Below are positions 8,601 to 18,141 of a stretch of DNA of 64,000 nt, piece after piece (within the stretch, counting starts at the first letter, position 1; each line of letters starts with the position of its first letter). The position numbers and the translations under genes were made by a program. The notes under the pieces were generated by a model that was not told the origin of the DNA, did not search any database, and saw only the letters and a program-made list of their open reading frames with translations. The stretch lies in the IMG/VR virus record IMGVR_UViG_3300034200_002321; one strand, 5' to 3'. This DNA is from an uncultured virus (IMG/VR IMGVR_UViG_3300034200_002321). Its lineage: Duplodnaviria > Heunggongvirae > Uroviricota > Caudoviricetes.

Positions 8601-11212
8601 GGTTGGCGCAGGCCGAGGTACAAACGGTTTCCCGCCTGAATCGCTGCTTCAATTCTGTCGACTGCTTGTGTGTTTAGCAGAGGAGCGAGTGTTGGGTCTC
8701 GCTGCCAGGCTGGCCAGTTCTGTGCCGTCAGCTCCAGGTACGTCGCGTTGCCTTGCATCAGACCTGCAGCGATTCGTGCCGAGAACTGCGGGACGAAGGT
8801 GTTTGGTATCGTCGGGTGCGGTTGCACTCGAATACGCACGCCACTGTCATCGAGTAGGTTGGTGAACGTCCTCCAATTTCCTGTGCCTGCGTGGATGCCG
8901 GGGCCGGTCCCATTTGCTGCGGCCTGTACCGTCTGTGCGCGCACTCGGGCAAGAGCTGTCTGGGCATCTGCCAACGGAATGTACTGCGGGTACCGCATGT
9001 CAGCAGCGGCGCCCGGTCTGTTGGCGTGCAGCAAACGACTCCACTCCTCACGACCACCAGGCACCTGTCGAACCGGTTGAAACCCGTTGGCTCGCCAAAA
9101 ATCAGCCTGCTGCGGGTTGATGAAAGCTCGCAAAGTATTCGCACCGAAGGTCTCTGCAATCGGGCGCATCTCTGAGATCAGGTTTTCAACAACGCGGCGG
9201 CGGCGCGCCTGTACTCGCGTAACGGCCTCATCGATCGCAGGCCCGTTGACCTGCCGAAAGGTTTCGTATTGCGAAAACGCCGGGTCAGTGTCCATAGGCA
9301 ACCGCCCCTCGACAACGTCTTCGGCAAAGGCTTCGACCGGGGTCCGATACCTGGGGTCCGTGTTTGGAAGTGGGTTGAGAAACCGACTGACAGGAGACAC
9401 CTCGGACAGCACAGTGTCTTCGAGAAGCACACTGGCTTCCGAAAAAGGTCCCACGTCTACCTGCAGATTCGGCATGCCGGGTATGCTGGGAACAGTGCCA
9501 CCAGCCCCCGGGTCTGGGAATGAGATTCGAAGGTTGGCCGCAGCGTTGACCGGGGCTCCCGGGGTCACAAAGTCACGCAGCAACAGCTGCCCTGGCTGTG
9601 TCGGGTCGTCAACCAACCGCATCGGCATTTCCTGATGCGTAGATGACAGTGAAGTCACCATCTGCCGCCACAGATCCTCCGGCTCCAGACCAATAGCCTG
9701 TGCGATCGGTGCGACGTGGCGGACGCCTACGAAGTTCGGCAGGTAGGGCATCTGCAACGGCTCGCCAGGCACGGTCAGCAGCACAGGCGACACGTGCTGC
9801 TGAATGCGGTTGTACACCTCATCCCACATCTGATCGCCGTATAGACGGTTGATACCGGCATCGCCTTCACGAAAGCCGCCCAGCATCTGCTCTCGCTGAC
9901 CTGGGTTGTACGTGGCTTCAACGACTCCGCGGTATGTGCGCTTCCACGCATTCCAAGATCGCTGCAGCACAGCCTCTGCATACCGCGAGGTGTCGCCCTT
10001 TTGCCGCGGGAAAAACGCCTGAAACTGATCAAACCATTCTGGGATGTTGAAGCCCATCTGGGTCAACTCGGCTCGGCTCTGATCCATGGCCGTGCGAAAC
10101 CGGTCGAGAGAGGGTCTGAGTTCTTCTGGCACCGACACTTCGGTTTGCCGAAATACCGGAACGATATCCGACTCCAATCGCCAGTCCGCATCACCCACCA
10201 AGCGGATCCGCAGACCGTCCTGATATGTGTCCGCCACTTCGACTTCGCGCAGCCGTCCGGCAGGATCGCCTTCGAGACGCACCAAGTCTCCTTTGGTGAA
10301 CGCCGGCAGGGTGGGTCGAACCGCGGGGTCGACGGTCGGATCAAGCTCGCCTAGATACCGCCGGATTGCGTCATTGTTGGCCGCTACTCGCAGCGGAGAC
10401 CCCTCGGCAAACCAGTTCGCTGGGTCAGCCCTGTCTAACGTACCATCCAAATCAAGCCGGAACCCAAGATCTCGCGACTCCAGCAACAGCATCGCGGCCT
10501 GGCTCTGCACGCGGTCCATCGCCGTACGCCAGTCCTGTCGTGCAGCTTGGACGATGGGTTGAACATCCGGATGTGTCACACCCCAGCCAAACCGATCAAA
10601 CAACGCGGTCGCCTGCCTCTGAACCCCACCGAAAGCCCTGCGTATGGTCTGCATTCCGCCTTGTGAGAGAGGATCGAATGCTGCTTGCAGACCAGAACCG
10701 ATTGCCCGCATGACGGGATGGGCTCTGCTGGGGGATTCCGCTGCTGCACGAGCGACGTCAAGCTGTTGCGTGCGCGACGCGTTCGCTGCGTTTCGCACCG
10801 GCCGTGCGAAACGCGTCCCTCGGGCCAGCCAACCAGTGAGAGGGCCGAAAGGATCCAGAGCGAGTTCAGCGCCGAAGCCAGCCAGATCAGCGACCCCCTC
10901 CATGGGATCGCTGAGCCAGCCAGACATGCCTGTTTCTTTGTTCGCAGAAGTCAAGCCCCATCGTGTCAGCACATCTCGGCCGGAAAGCCGGTTTTCTGCA
11001 GAGAGAGGACTGGCCAGTTGGTCAAACCAATTTGACACAGGCTCCCCACCCGCGATGTCTCGAACGATTGAGCCGGGTAGGTCGAGAAAATTGCCGAGCG
11101 AGGCCACAGCCCCCAAGCCCGCCTCTCCGACTTGGCTGAGTAGAGAGGTAGGGCTTTGGCTTGTCGCGACCGGTGATGTTGTTTTCCGGAGAAGCTCTTC
11201 AAGCGTTGCCAC
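5693..11212 (-). CDS. Very large (1839 aa) probable internal virion/ejection protein
   Basis: Size and late-operon position; C-terminal FSRFE...LIPFYSFMRQSIP resembles podovirus-type ejection proteins; N-terminus shared with 29682..32615. Confidence 0.65.
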   Translation of the reverse strand: MATLEELLRKTTSPVATSQSPTSLLSQVGEAGLGAVASLGNFLDLPGSIVRDIAGGEPVSNWFDQLASPLSAENRLSGRDVLTRWGLTSANKETGMSGWLSDPMEGVADLAGFGAELALDPFGPLTGWLARGTRFARPVRNAANASRTQQLDVARAAAESPSRAHPVMRAIGSGLQAAFDPLSQGGMQTIRRAFGGVQRQATALFDRFGWGVTHPDVQPIVQAARQDWRTAMDRVQSQAAMLLLESRDLGFRLDLDGTLDRADPANWFAEGSPLRVAANNDAIRRYLGELDPTVDPAVRPTLPAFTKGDLVRLEGDPAGRLREVEVADTYQDGLRIRLVGDADWRLESDIVPVFRQTEVSVPEELRPSLDRFRTAMDQSRAELTQMGFNIPEWFDQFQAFFPRQKGDTSRYAEAVLQRSWNAWKRTYRGVVEATYNPGQREQMLGGFREGDAGINRLYGDQMWDEVYNRIQQHVSPVLLTVPGEPLQMPYLPNFVGVRHVAPIAQAIGLEPEDLWRQMVTSLSSTHQEMPMRLVDDPTQPGQLLLRDFVTPGAPVNAAANLRISFPDPGAGGTVPSIPGMPNLQVDVGPFSEASVLLEDTVLSEVSPVSRFLNPLPNTDPRYRTPVEAFAEDVVEGRLPMDTDPAFSQYETFRQVNGPAIDEAVTRVQARRRRVVENLISEMRPIAETFGANTLRAFINPQQADFWRANGFQPVRQVPGGREEWSRLLHANRPGAAADMRYPQYIPLADAQTALARVRAQTVQAAANGTGPGIHAGTGNWRTFTNLLDDSGVRIRVQPHPTIPNTFVPQFSARIAAGLMQGNATYLELTAQNWPAWQRDPTLAPLLNTQAVDRIEAAIQAGNRLYLGLRQPTRGAAVVPVIVQPTITSQLDARFGRYAAMLDVDPARWAAGQAQMPLLQHEAAAADIHQTIARNYGEVITQPMAMPANDGSGVLAVAADGSLRDANRGGISRSVPEWHRTYDRLLTLYNRAVAASAQANAVPQGIDLGNSAVHALLRMDDQSLQALGFDDAQRQMLDTMRQFENQYRAGVSPLTQNPLPELEADVTVAQGDRYEALADELVEHSDRRFTQMFTNNPLVDMADYTTKNRMLYAYADRFIEAVTNLRRQVAASPAGAVVSGYLPSDTSRANIPLGDLLDPRSEHSVFGTRLVRNTFADQIAARWERQGLLRRPTAQVGTGVNTLSPDELMRQEVFGLGVPAEVAAQLKTYGELAVAPTLPELTDPLKLISNLTLATKSGLLWSLSTAIRDGVSSLFNATVMGDVNPLTAVGRFGRPALSFARGAPIDFDALGIPVPPEIDALLRTTGVAGASAAEINRQRGRALQALWAAHHRAPSRHANIVVADQASRVNSGQAEAVLSGIPFSGIPQGGAAATSAPVTTAVATGAVNAAAMMRDLLSKPGALTPFSGNFAFSPLNVAGSWTRETARPTASVAAEAASTGQRFPGPPRDFGSSENRLVQRSEGNVFSEVVNSFRANIDTTVRMSVVLEQLAKGRTLSEAFAETDRILTNSDPRNFSRFETQYLKTLIPFYSFMRQSIPMFLREFVQNPGGPLGMSVRAARLGQGDEDGYVPFQLQDTVAIPLGNANDGSLRYLTSLGLMHEDAVKYAGNAIQGDVRGLMQQVASSAHPAMKWWIEYATNTSLYSQGPMGGRRLDDLDPTLGRILANAGVVDVPPSGRPQPVGGPLLESLVAASPLSRAASTARVISNPSARSSATEKVMRLLLGTRVEAVSEEQIIRDIRDRVNALQIEYGARPLTTVSGTAELQKRLLESGAAEDAAKLEQLGKVLAALRKQQRETEKAEKAQRAVPTRIDRLRELMQR

Positions 11213-11220
11213 GGACTACC

Positions 11221-14166
11221 TCAAAAGTCTGTTGGGAAGGGGGTGCGGATGCTGTCCCATTTTTTACTATCTTCCAAGGCTCGCTGTCTTGCGGCAGCTC
11301 TGCCTTCGTTAAATCGCCGTGCAAATGCTTGTTTTTGTTGCGACGTAAGATTGTTGGTATTCCGAAGCTCACGCATGGTGTCAAAGAAAGCCTCGCCGTT
11401 CGCATACATCTTGGCAGTGTCTTTATACTTGCCATCAGACCAGTAGCTGTCGTCTGTGGACGCACGCATGTATGTCCAGAGGTCCGCTACATCGCTCTCC
11501 CCAAGGTCTGTGGCAGTCTCGAACATATACGAATGCACTGCCCCCATCACAGAGGAAGGGTCGTCCACGTCCACACTTCGGTTTTGTGAAACGGCATGTA
11601 GAAAGGGTGACAACGGCGTCCCGTCGTCGCGAACACCAGTCACCAGGTTGCTGCGGATAGCCGCTCGATCCTGCTGGTTTTGTGCGGTGTTTGGTGCCGC
11701 CGTAGAAAGTACGCTCGGCGAGCTACCAGCACTGCTGTTGATCGGGTTTGCTGCCAGAGCAGTGGCAGGCAGCACACCGGCATTCACAGCCCGGACCAGT
11801 GCTGCGCGGTTACGGCGCTCGAGAGTTTTGTTTTTCTTGGCGGCAACACGTTCAGCTGCTGCGGCTTTTCGCGCAGGCAAGGAATCTCGTTTGGCCTGTG
11901 CCGACGCCTCAGCGGCACCCTCAAGACGGCGAAGCTCGTCCTGGAGGCCAGTGTTCCCCTCCAGCTGCCCTGTCTGGTTGAGGGCGCGGAGTGCCCCCAG
12001 CCTGTTCGTGCCATACACACCCGCGCTGTTACCCGGGCCCGCGAAACGCTCAGACTGCATGCCGTATGTCTTCCTGCGGCTCTGCATCGGGTCATCAGCG
12101 TATCTCAGAGTACCCTTGTACGCATCTGTCTCAGTCTCAGAGCCATCCAGCATGGCACGTGTCCGGTTCAGGTAAAACTCGTCATGACCGCCGGGGGCTT
12201 GCAGCCTCTCGTCGTTTGCGTCGAGTTGGGCAAGAGCTTGGCCTTGCTGGTATCTTTCATACCAGCCGCTGGGTGTTGCGTCGATACTGCCGGGCAGCAA
12301 CCCCGATGGGGTGTTCTGACCGCCCGTGACGTAGGGACTGTCCGGGGACAGGGCACCACCGGAAAGGTGTGCTCTGTTACGAATAGGGTTCATATCTGCG
12401 TTGGGGTTGCGACTGCGGTACTGTGCGATCTCTTCCTGGGAAGGAACAGGCCTTCTGTTCAGGATTGCGTCCCCGTGCGTACCTCGGCGCTGCGCATCTG
12501 CCATGAGCAGCTGCTTGTGTTCCGGTTTCAAACCGGCAAAATCTGGGTGTTCTTGCGCAAAATAGCTTCGCTCGAATTCAGGCAAGCCCATCATGCTTTT
12601 GCGTATATCGGCGGCTTTTTCGTGCGAAAAGGCTCTTTCTGGGAACCCCAATCTAAACTCGTCCAGCTTCTGAGTGATTTCTGCCAGGCTCTGATCCCAA
12701 TCTACTATTTGCTCCGAAGTCAGACCTTGACGCATGGCGTCGTCCGTCATGCGATCCACAGGGTTTTGCCTGCGGTTTGTGGGTGCGGGCTGTGGACCTT
12801 CACCCTCAACACCAAGGAAGGCGTTTCTCCGGGCACGGTCAAAGTCTGTCACCAGAGGGATCTGCTGACCGCTGCTAAACGGGGACCCTTGCATTGCTAG
12901 CATTGCTGCTGGTCCGATCCCAGACCCCACTGCCATCAGAGAAGGCATGATGCTTCGCATACCCGGCTCTAAGCTGTACTCGCTTTGTTGTAAAAACGAA
13001 GGAAGCTGGCCCCCTTCGTCCGACCCCCACGCCGGACGTTGCATCCGACTAAGTGCGTCGTGTCGCTGCTGCTCTTGCAAAAGGATGTCGGAAAAAGGCG
13101 GCGGTCCTGTCAAAGTAAAGAGGCCCGGCATACGCGACTGCAACTGTGATGCCGCCTGTGAATCAGCTGCCTGTTGCTCCCGGAGTTGAAACCCACTCAC
13201 CCGAGGAGGCATTCGCGGAATATCAACCGCAGCCTCGTTGATACTGACGACAGGTCTTCGTAAGGTCAGTACGTCGAATCCAGGGGTACTTATATCTGCG
13301 AGGGTTGGGAGAGGGCGTTTTGTCATCATCTCGTCGTGATACGGATCTAAAAACCTACCGGGCCGACCGGGTTGTGTGTATATCCTTTTTGGAGGGGCAG
13401 TTTCACGCGAGACAGCTTGGGCTCTGTCGGCGCGCAGCCCCAGAAGGCTTTCGGCATCTGCTCGTGGCGTACCCCCACCAACCTCCTCTCCGACAGCTGG
13501 TGGCTGTGGAAAAACAAACCCCGGCGGCTGCATCATTCCTGTCATGATGTATGGTGACCGCATCCGACGACGTGCTGTGATTGGGTTCATGGCATCAACC
13601 TCTGGTCCTACGGGCGTGAACGGGTGAAACATTTGCGACTGCGGGTGTGCACTTCGTGTCGTCAAGCCGACAGGCCACTGAGCGTCCACCAAACCTTGTG
13701 CGACAGTACCAACAATGCTCCAAGGCTGATTGCGGCGAGGGTCTTGCGCAGAGGCAAACGGTCGTGTAAGCGGATTGACTGCAGGCTGTGCCGGGTTGTA
13801 CGGGTTGGGTGCCGGACGTTTAGATGCGGACAGTGCAGCAAGCCTGGCTGATCTCTTCGCCCAAACCCCAGGCCGCCACGGAGTGTCGAAATACTCCTCG
13901 GCGGCCTTGTCAAAACCGTAGTCCTGAAGGCTCCGCCCATATCTCTCACTGGTCTTGCCAACATGACCCTCCCCCTCCTCAACCATCCGAATGGCTACTG
14001 AGGGTGAGTACCTGTGCGGCCACGATCCGTCGGGGTTGGCCAGTGCCCGCACGACAGGGTGGACCGCCACCCTGTCTGTGTCAAGGTAGCGGGCCGGTGG
14101 CCGTGGTTTCATTTTCGAGTAGTCGTAAACTGGACCCTTCGTGGGGTCGAAAAAAGCATCAGCCAT
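11221..14166 (-). CDS. Large Pro-rich probable internal virion protein (~981 aa)
   Basis: GGGAGG RBS before ATG 14166, which removes the overlap with the upstream gene; adjacent to the 1839-aa gene. Confidence 0.6.
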   Translation of the reverse strand: MADAFFDPTKGPVYDYSKMKPRPPARYLDTDRVAVHPVVRALANPDGSWPHRYSPSVAIRMVEEGEGHVGKTSERYGRSLQDYGFDKAAEEYFDTPWRPGVWAKRSARLAALSASKRPAPNPYNPAQPAVNPLTRPFASAQDPRRNQPWSIVGTVAQGLVDAQWPVGLTTRSAHPQSQMFHPFTPVGPEVDAMNPITARRRMRSPYIMTGMMQPPGFVFPQPPAVGEEVGGGTPRADAESLLGLRADRAQAVSRETAPPKRIYTQPGRPGRFLDPYHDEMMTKRPLPTLADISTPGFDVLTLRRPVVSINEAAVDIPRMPPRVSGFQLREQQAADSQAASQLQSRMPGLFTLTGPPPFSDILLQEQQRHDALSRMQRPAWGSDEGGQLPSFLQQSEYSLEPGMRSIMPSLMAVGSGIGPAAMLAMQGSPFSSGQQIPLVTDFDRARRNAFLGVEGEGPQPAPTNRRQNPVDRMTDDAMRQGLTSEQIVDWDQSLAEITQKLDEFRLGFPERAFSHEKAADIRKSMMGLPEFERSYFAQEHPDFAGLKPEHKQLLMADAQRRGTHGDAILNRRPVPSQEEIAQYRSRNPNADMNPIRNRAHLSGGALSPDSPYVTGGQNTPSGLLPGSIDATPSGWYERYQQGQALAQLDANDERLQAPGGHDEFYLNRTRAMLDGSETETDAYKGTLRYADDPMQSRRKTYGMQSERFAGPGNSAGVYGTNRLGALRALNQTGQLEGNTGLQDELRRLEGAAEASAQAKRDSLPARKAAAAERVAAKKNKTLERRNRAALVRAVNAGVLPATALAANPINSSAGSSPSVLSTAAPNTAQNQQDRAAIRSNLVTGVRDDGTPLSPFLHAVSQNRSVDVDDPSSVMGAVHSYMFETATDLGESDVADLWTYMRASTDDSYWSDGKYKDTAKMYANGEAFFDTMRELRNTNNLTSQQKQAFARRFNEGRAAARQRALEDSKKWDSIRTPFPTDF

Positions 14167-14215
14167 GGGTCGCCTCCCGAGAGGATCGTACCAGCCCCGG
14201 ACCGTGCCGTCTATC

Positions 14216-15298
14216 TCAGACGACCTGCCAGACTCTTGCCTCACCTGGGCAGACCACGTACACCCCGGTAAAACCAGCAAACGACCGAGTGTGGTCCCGG
14301 CCCAGTGCGACTGCGATTCTGTGCGACTGTTCCACACAGCTCTCCACAAAGATGGCGGGGAGACCGGTGTTTATCTGGTTCGCAGCCCAAGCGGCAAACA
14401 TCTCCGCCTTCCACTCGGGGGTGTACCTCGCCCGTCTCTCCTGCAGAGTTGGCTCCCCCCTCATCTGCAAAACGTCAACATCAATTCTCTTCTCCCGCAG
14501 CCACTGACGTGTCTCTCCTGCGTACTTGCGGAGGCGAGCAGTCACCACAAGCGGGATGCGACCGCGTCTGGGGGCGTATCGCAAAGGGGCGGTGCGCATC
14601 CAGGAAACGTACTGAGGTCCATCGTCATCGACAGCCGCGGGGCAGTCCTCGCACAACACTCCGTCAAAGTCGCACGCCATGCCTGGCAGAAAGACACTGT
14701 TGAACAGATTCCACTCCAAAAAGTGTGGGTATGGCAACGTCTCCGCCCACAGGTCAGGCATCCGCTTGCTGTCAGGCGCACAATACACCGTCGCCGTCGT
14801 CACCTGCGAGGCCGTCCCACGCACAATAGGAATCGTGTCCTGCAAACTGCGGCCTGTCATCGAAGTGTCGTCAACAACAAGCACATGCGCCGGACGATCT
14901 GTACCCTGCAGTCGAAACCCATGCCCCGCCGGAACAACATCCTTCTCGCTTTGCCGCACCACCAGCAGAGGTAGGTGCATCGTCATGGCAAGAATGGATG
15001 CCGATGCCAGACCGCTGCGAGACACCCCCGCAATGGCGTCCACGTCTGCCGGGATTCGCGGCAAGAGCTTCAGCGTGTCAACAGCTAACTGCTGCGTCGT
15101 GACAAACCGCACCGGAGACTGCGACTCTACGATTCGTGGAGCCAACTCTGCCAGTGCTGAAAGTCTAAACGCTGCTGTGCTGTACACCCGGCGGCGGCCG
15201 AAGGAGTCACGGCTGCCCAACAGCACCTGAGGAAACCGACTTGCCACAGCAGTGGCACTGCTCTCAGGAAACACTCCGAGAAAGACTCGATCACCCAT
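14216..15298 (-). CDS. Type I phosphoribosyltransferase fused to a HAD-family phosphatase
   Basis: GVSRSG and PRPP loop VLVVDDTSMTGRSL; HAD motifs CDFDGVLC, VVTAR, WKAE, FVES. Confidence 0.85.
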   Translation of the reverse strand: MGDRVFLGVFPESSATAVASRFPQVLLGSRDSFGRRRVYSTAAFRLSALAELAPRIVESQSPVRFVTTQQLAVDTLKLLPRIPADVDAIAGVSRSGLASASILAMTMHLPLLVVRQSEKDVVPAGHGFRLQGTDRPAHVLVVDDTSMTGRSLQDTIPIVRGTASQVTTATVYCAPDSKRMPDLWAETLPYPHFLEWNLFNSVFLPGMACDFDGVLCEDCPAAVDDDGPQYVSWMRTAPLRYAPRRGRIPLVVTARLRKYAGETRQWLREKRIDVDVLQMRGEPTLQERRARYTPEWKAEMFAAWAANQINTGLPAIFVESCVEQSHRIAVALGRDHTRSFAGFTGVYVVCPGEARVWQVV

Positions 15299-15647
15299 CG
15301 CCCACTCCCGCCCCTATCGCATGCTGAACAGCCCACCCAGCGCGGTTCAGCAGGCTCTTCCTCTCGTCACAACCGCACGGCCCCACCAACGCGGAGACTC
15401 TCTCCTCGGTGATGCCCACAGCAGACAACCCCCGTGATATTGCGTTGCCTATTGCAAAGCCAGAGGGCTCTCCTCCAGCCGCATGGATTGCGTCCTTGAT
15501 TGCAGCCACGCGGGAGCAACACGTTTCATCGGGCACTAATAGCCGACGCATGCCGGCACCAGTGATGCTGCCGCGTATCAGCTCTGAAAACTGAAGCGTC
15601 AAAGCTGACGCCTTGTCTTCTGGTATCTTACCTACAGCTTTGGGCAC
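15291..15647 (-). CDS. Small Cys-containing protein
   Basis: GPCGCDERKSLLN motif; overlaps the start of the PRTase-HAD gene. Confidence 0.65.
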   Translation of the reverse strand: MPKAVGKIPEDKASALTLQFSELIRGSITGAGMRRLLVPDETCCSRVAAIKDAIHAAGGEPSGFAIGNAISRGLSAVGITEERVSALVGPCGCDERKSLLNRAGWAVQHAIGAGVGDG

Positions 15648-15655
15648 ACACCACC

Positions 15656-16555
15656 TCAGTCTATTGGGAAGATTTCTGGAACGCCAAAGGAAGGATTACT
15701 GCCGTTAAAGGGGTCTACCGGCGAGTATGTCGTACCGCACCTCCAGTTTGGGGACCCAGGGCCGCCAAAGCCAGGCTCACAGTCCCGCACCCAAAGAAAT
15801 CGATGTGAGGTGCGACAGTTGTACCTATCCCCACCGGTAGCCAGCACAATGTCAGTCCGAAACTGTTGATACGCACAATACCCGAAAGCAAACGGGTAGT
15901 ACACAACCAGCAGCTCAAAAGCCTGCTCACGCACACCACCCGAAGTGGTCGTGCTTGCGACACGCACCACAAATCGCCGGGAGCCTTCAGAGCAGAAAGT
16001 ACCAATGCTACAAGGGTCCATCACATAGGGCAGGCCTGCGCAGCAGTTGCGGGGGTCTACTGGTTTTTCGTCCCGGTCTAGGCAACGGCAGCATTCAGTG
16101 CATATGGTGTCATCGCCTTGCACGAGTGAACACACTGGTAGCTCCTCACTCACCCAGCAGTTGCTGCATCCGTAGTTGGTCAGCAAAAACTCACCAACGT
16201 ATTTTGAGGAGGTGCAAAGGCCAAATAGGTTGTTGTCGTACCGTGGAGGGCGACCCATGCCGTATATGGGCGGCATCCGCAGCAGGTACCTCCTCTGAAA
16301 GTTGTTTTCGTACGCAAAGTTGCTGTTGCCAGGAGGAACCCAATTGCATATGGGCCCGGGAACCAAGTCAAAATAGCCGCTTGTCGTTTGGGTGCTGCAC
16401 GGAACATATCCAGCACCTCCGTTACTGGGGCGGACGCACACAGGACAACCCCGGTCTGTGACGCCGTTGACTCCGGACTCTGGCGCATACATGTGACTGC
16501 ACCGCTGCCGAAACATTCCAGGCTGCCTCAGCCATCGCACGCACTGCACAGACAT
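15656..16555 (-). CDS. Cys-rich putative tail-tip/receptor-binding protein (paralog 2)
   Basis: Many Cys residues; N-terminal motif shared with 16557..17357. Confidence 0.6.
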   Translation of the reverse strand: MSVQCVRWLRQPGMFRQRCSHMYAPESGVNGVTDRGCPVCVRPSNGGAGYVPCSTQTTSGYFDLVPGPICNWVPPGNSNFAYENNFQRRYLLRMPPIYGMGRPPRYDNNLFGLCTSSKYVGEFLLTNYGCSNCWVSEELPVCSLVQGDDTICTECCRCLDRDEKPVDPRNCCAGLPYVMDPCSIGTFCSEGSRRFVVRVASTTTSGGVREQAFELLVVYYPFAFGYCAYQQFRTDIVLATGGDRYNCRTSHRFLWVRDCEPGFGGPGSPNWRCGTTYSPVDPFNGSNPSFGVPEIFPID

Positions 16556-16556
16556 G

Positions 16557-17357
16557 CTACACCGCCGTCAGCGTTAGGTAAACGTAAAAATTGTTTACAA
16601 AGTTAGTGCTCGGCAGCAACCAAAACCAAGGGCTGCGCATTAGGGGAGTACCCGTCGAGTAAAAAGCTGCCGTGGGCCCGCCAGCGGAGGGCTGCCATGA
16701 TGAAGGTACCGTCAGACAGTCGTTACTGTATGCCGTGAACCTCAATATGTACTCTGTACTCGGCCTGCCAAACAAACCACACAGAGGGTGGCTGACAACA
16801 CTCCTCCAGTTCACACTCAGCACCCACAACACTTTGTTCTTGCTCGAATCCCACTGAACTTCGAGCTCAAACCGAGGGCGTGCCACAACCGGGGTGTCGA
16901 CTATGCCAGGGGATGTGCCATCCAAGCATGTTTGACTGAACGCATCTACCGGAGTCAAGTAGACGGTGGTGATTTTCTGCGAGTCGTTGTTGTCGTCAAA
17001 ATAGACCACCAACTCTTTCTCGGCTGACACCCACAGGCAGTCAACGTCTCCGTGATGAACCAGATCCCAGCTGTTTGCTGTGTAGCTGTTGGGTAGATTG
17101 GTATTCCACACCCACAATGGATCTGTATTTGGTTTGACCACACTACCAATCGACAACCGATATCGAAACTTGGCCCGCTCTGACGGAGGCGACCCGCTGA
17201 CCTGCGGGCAGGCGTCACAGGGCACCAACCCAGCACCAGGCAGTGGCGTCACACACACGGGGCACCCCGGAGTACCAACCATAGGCTCCATGGGTTGCGC
17301 ACATTCGGTCGAAAATGTGCCCACACCAGACAGCCAAGTGTAGCATCGCGTTGTCAT
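16557..17357 (-). CDS. Cys-rich putative tail-tip/receptor-binding protein (paralog 1)
   Basis: GCPVCV.P..GAG.VPC motif; follows the tail genes. Confidence 0.6.
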   Translation of the reverse strand: MTTRCYTWLSGVGTFSTECAQPMEPMVGTPGCPVCVTPLPGAGLVPCDACPQVSGSPPSERAKFRYRLSIGSVVKPNTDPLWVWNTNLPNSYTANSWDLVHHGDVDCLWVSAEKELVVYFDDNNDSQKITTVYLTPVDAFSQTCLDGTSPGIVDTPVVARPRFELEVQWDSSKNKVLWVLSVNWRSVVSHPLCGLFGRPSTEYILRFTAYSNDCLTVPSSWQPSAGGPTAAFYSTGTPLMRSPWFWLLPSTNFVNNFYVYLTLTAV

Positions 17358-17358
17358 G

Positions 17359-18141
17359 TCAATACCCTGGAGGAGTCACAGGTGTGTCGAGGCTAACGCA
17401 CAGCTGCAGCTCACTCTGCTCGCCGGGTGCTGGCAGAGACAGTGTCAGTGTGCCGTCAAGGATGACGCTGCTGGTGACGTCAGCACCCGTACCGTCTGTC
17501 ACTGTCAGGTAGTCGCCAACATCCAAAAACCAATCGCTGGAGGACTGTCGCCAAGTCATGGAGTAGACACCTGCAGGCAGTGTCACTGTGTACTGACCAA
17601 ACACCAAAACGACTGGGTCTTTGTATTCAACACTCCACCGTCTGACTGTTCTAATTGGGGGTGCGGTAGGGTCGTCCTGCTGTATTATCAGGTCGTACTC
17701 TTCAACACACTCACACCCACAGCCCGCATCATCGGGCGGTGATTTTTCACTGGCAGCCGGAATCACAGTTGCGACCCCGTTGACCGGTTGATGAACTACA
17801 CGAAAGCCAACACCTGCCGAAGACATGTACCACTGATCGATGACCGGTCCGACTTCCTGCCCAACGGCAACCAAGCCGTCAACCAACACGCTGCGGGGGC
17901 GGTCCCACAGCAGGCTTTCAGACATCTTTCCAGACGCGATAGGCTTAGAGCCGTTTACAAAAAACAAACCATACTTGGCGTTTGGCTTTCGCCCAAACGC
18001 AGACCCGGACTCGAACTGCCCTCGCATGTGCACCACGGCGTGCGCCGGTACCTCTTCCCCTGAAAGATTCTTCCAGGGAATGACCGCCGTCAAGCCCGTC
18101 GCGTCTCTCTGTACCTCAACTTGCGTCCTATTCTGCACCAT
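17359..18141 (-). CDS. Putative tail-tip/fibre adaptor protein
   Basis: Beta-rich with a GCGCEC linker; position. Confidence 0.55.
   Translation of the reverse strand: MVQNRTQVEVQRDATGLTAVIPWKNLSGEEVPAHAVVHMRGQFESGSAFGRKPNAKYGLFFVNGSKPIASGKMSESLLWDRPRSVLVDGLVAVGQEVGPVIDQWYMSSAGVGFRVVHQPVNGVATVIPAASEKSPPDDAGCGCECVEEYDLIIQQDDPTAPPIRTVRRWSVEYKDPVVLVFGQYTVTLPAGVYSMTWRQSSSDWFLDVGDYLTVTDGTGADVTSSVILDGTLTLSLPAPGEQSELQLCVSLDTPVTPPGY

Noticed and set aside
11456..12900. Long plus-strand ORFs (239 and 406 aa), and similarly 25438..26727
   Set aside because: Antisense shadows of GC-rich minus-strand genes, with no motifs or RBS.
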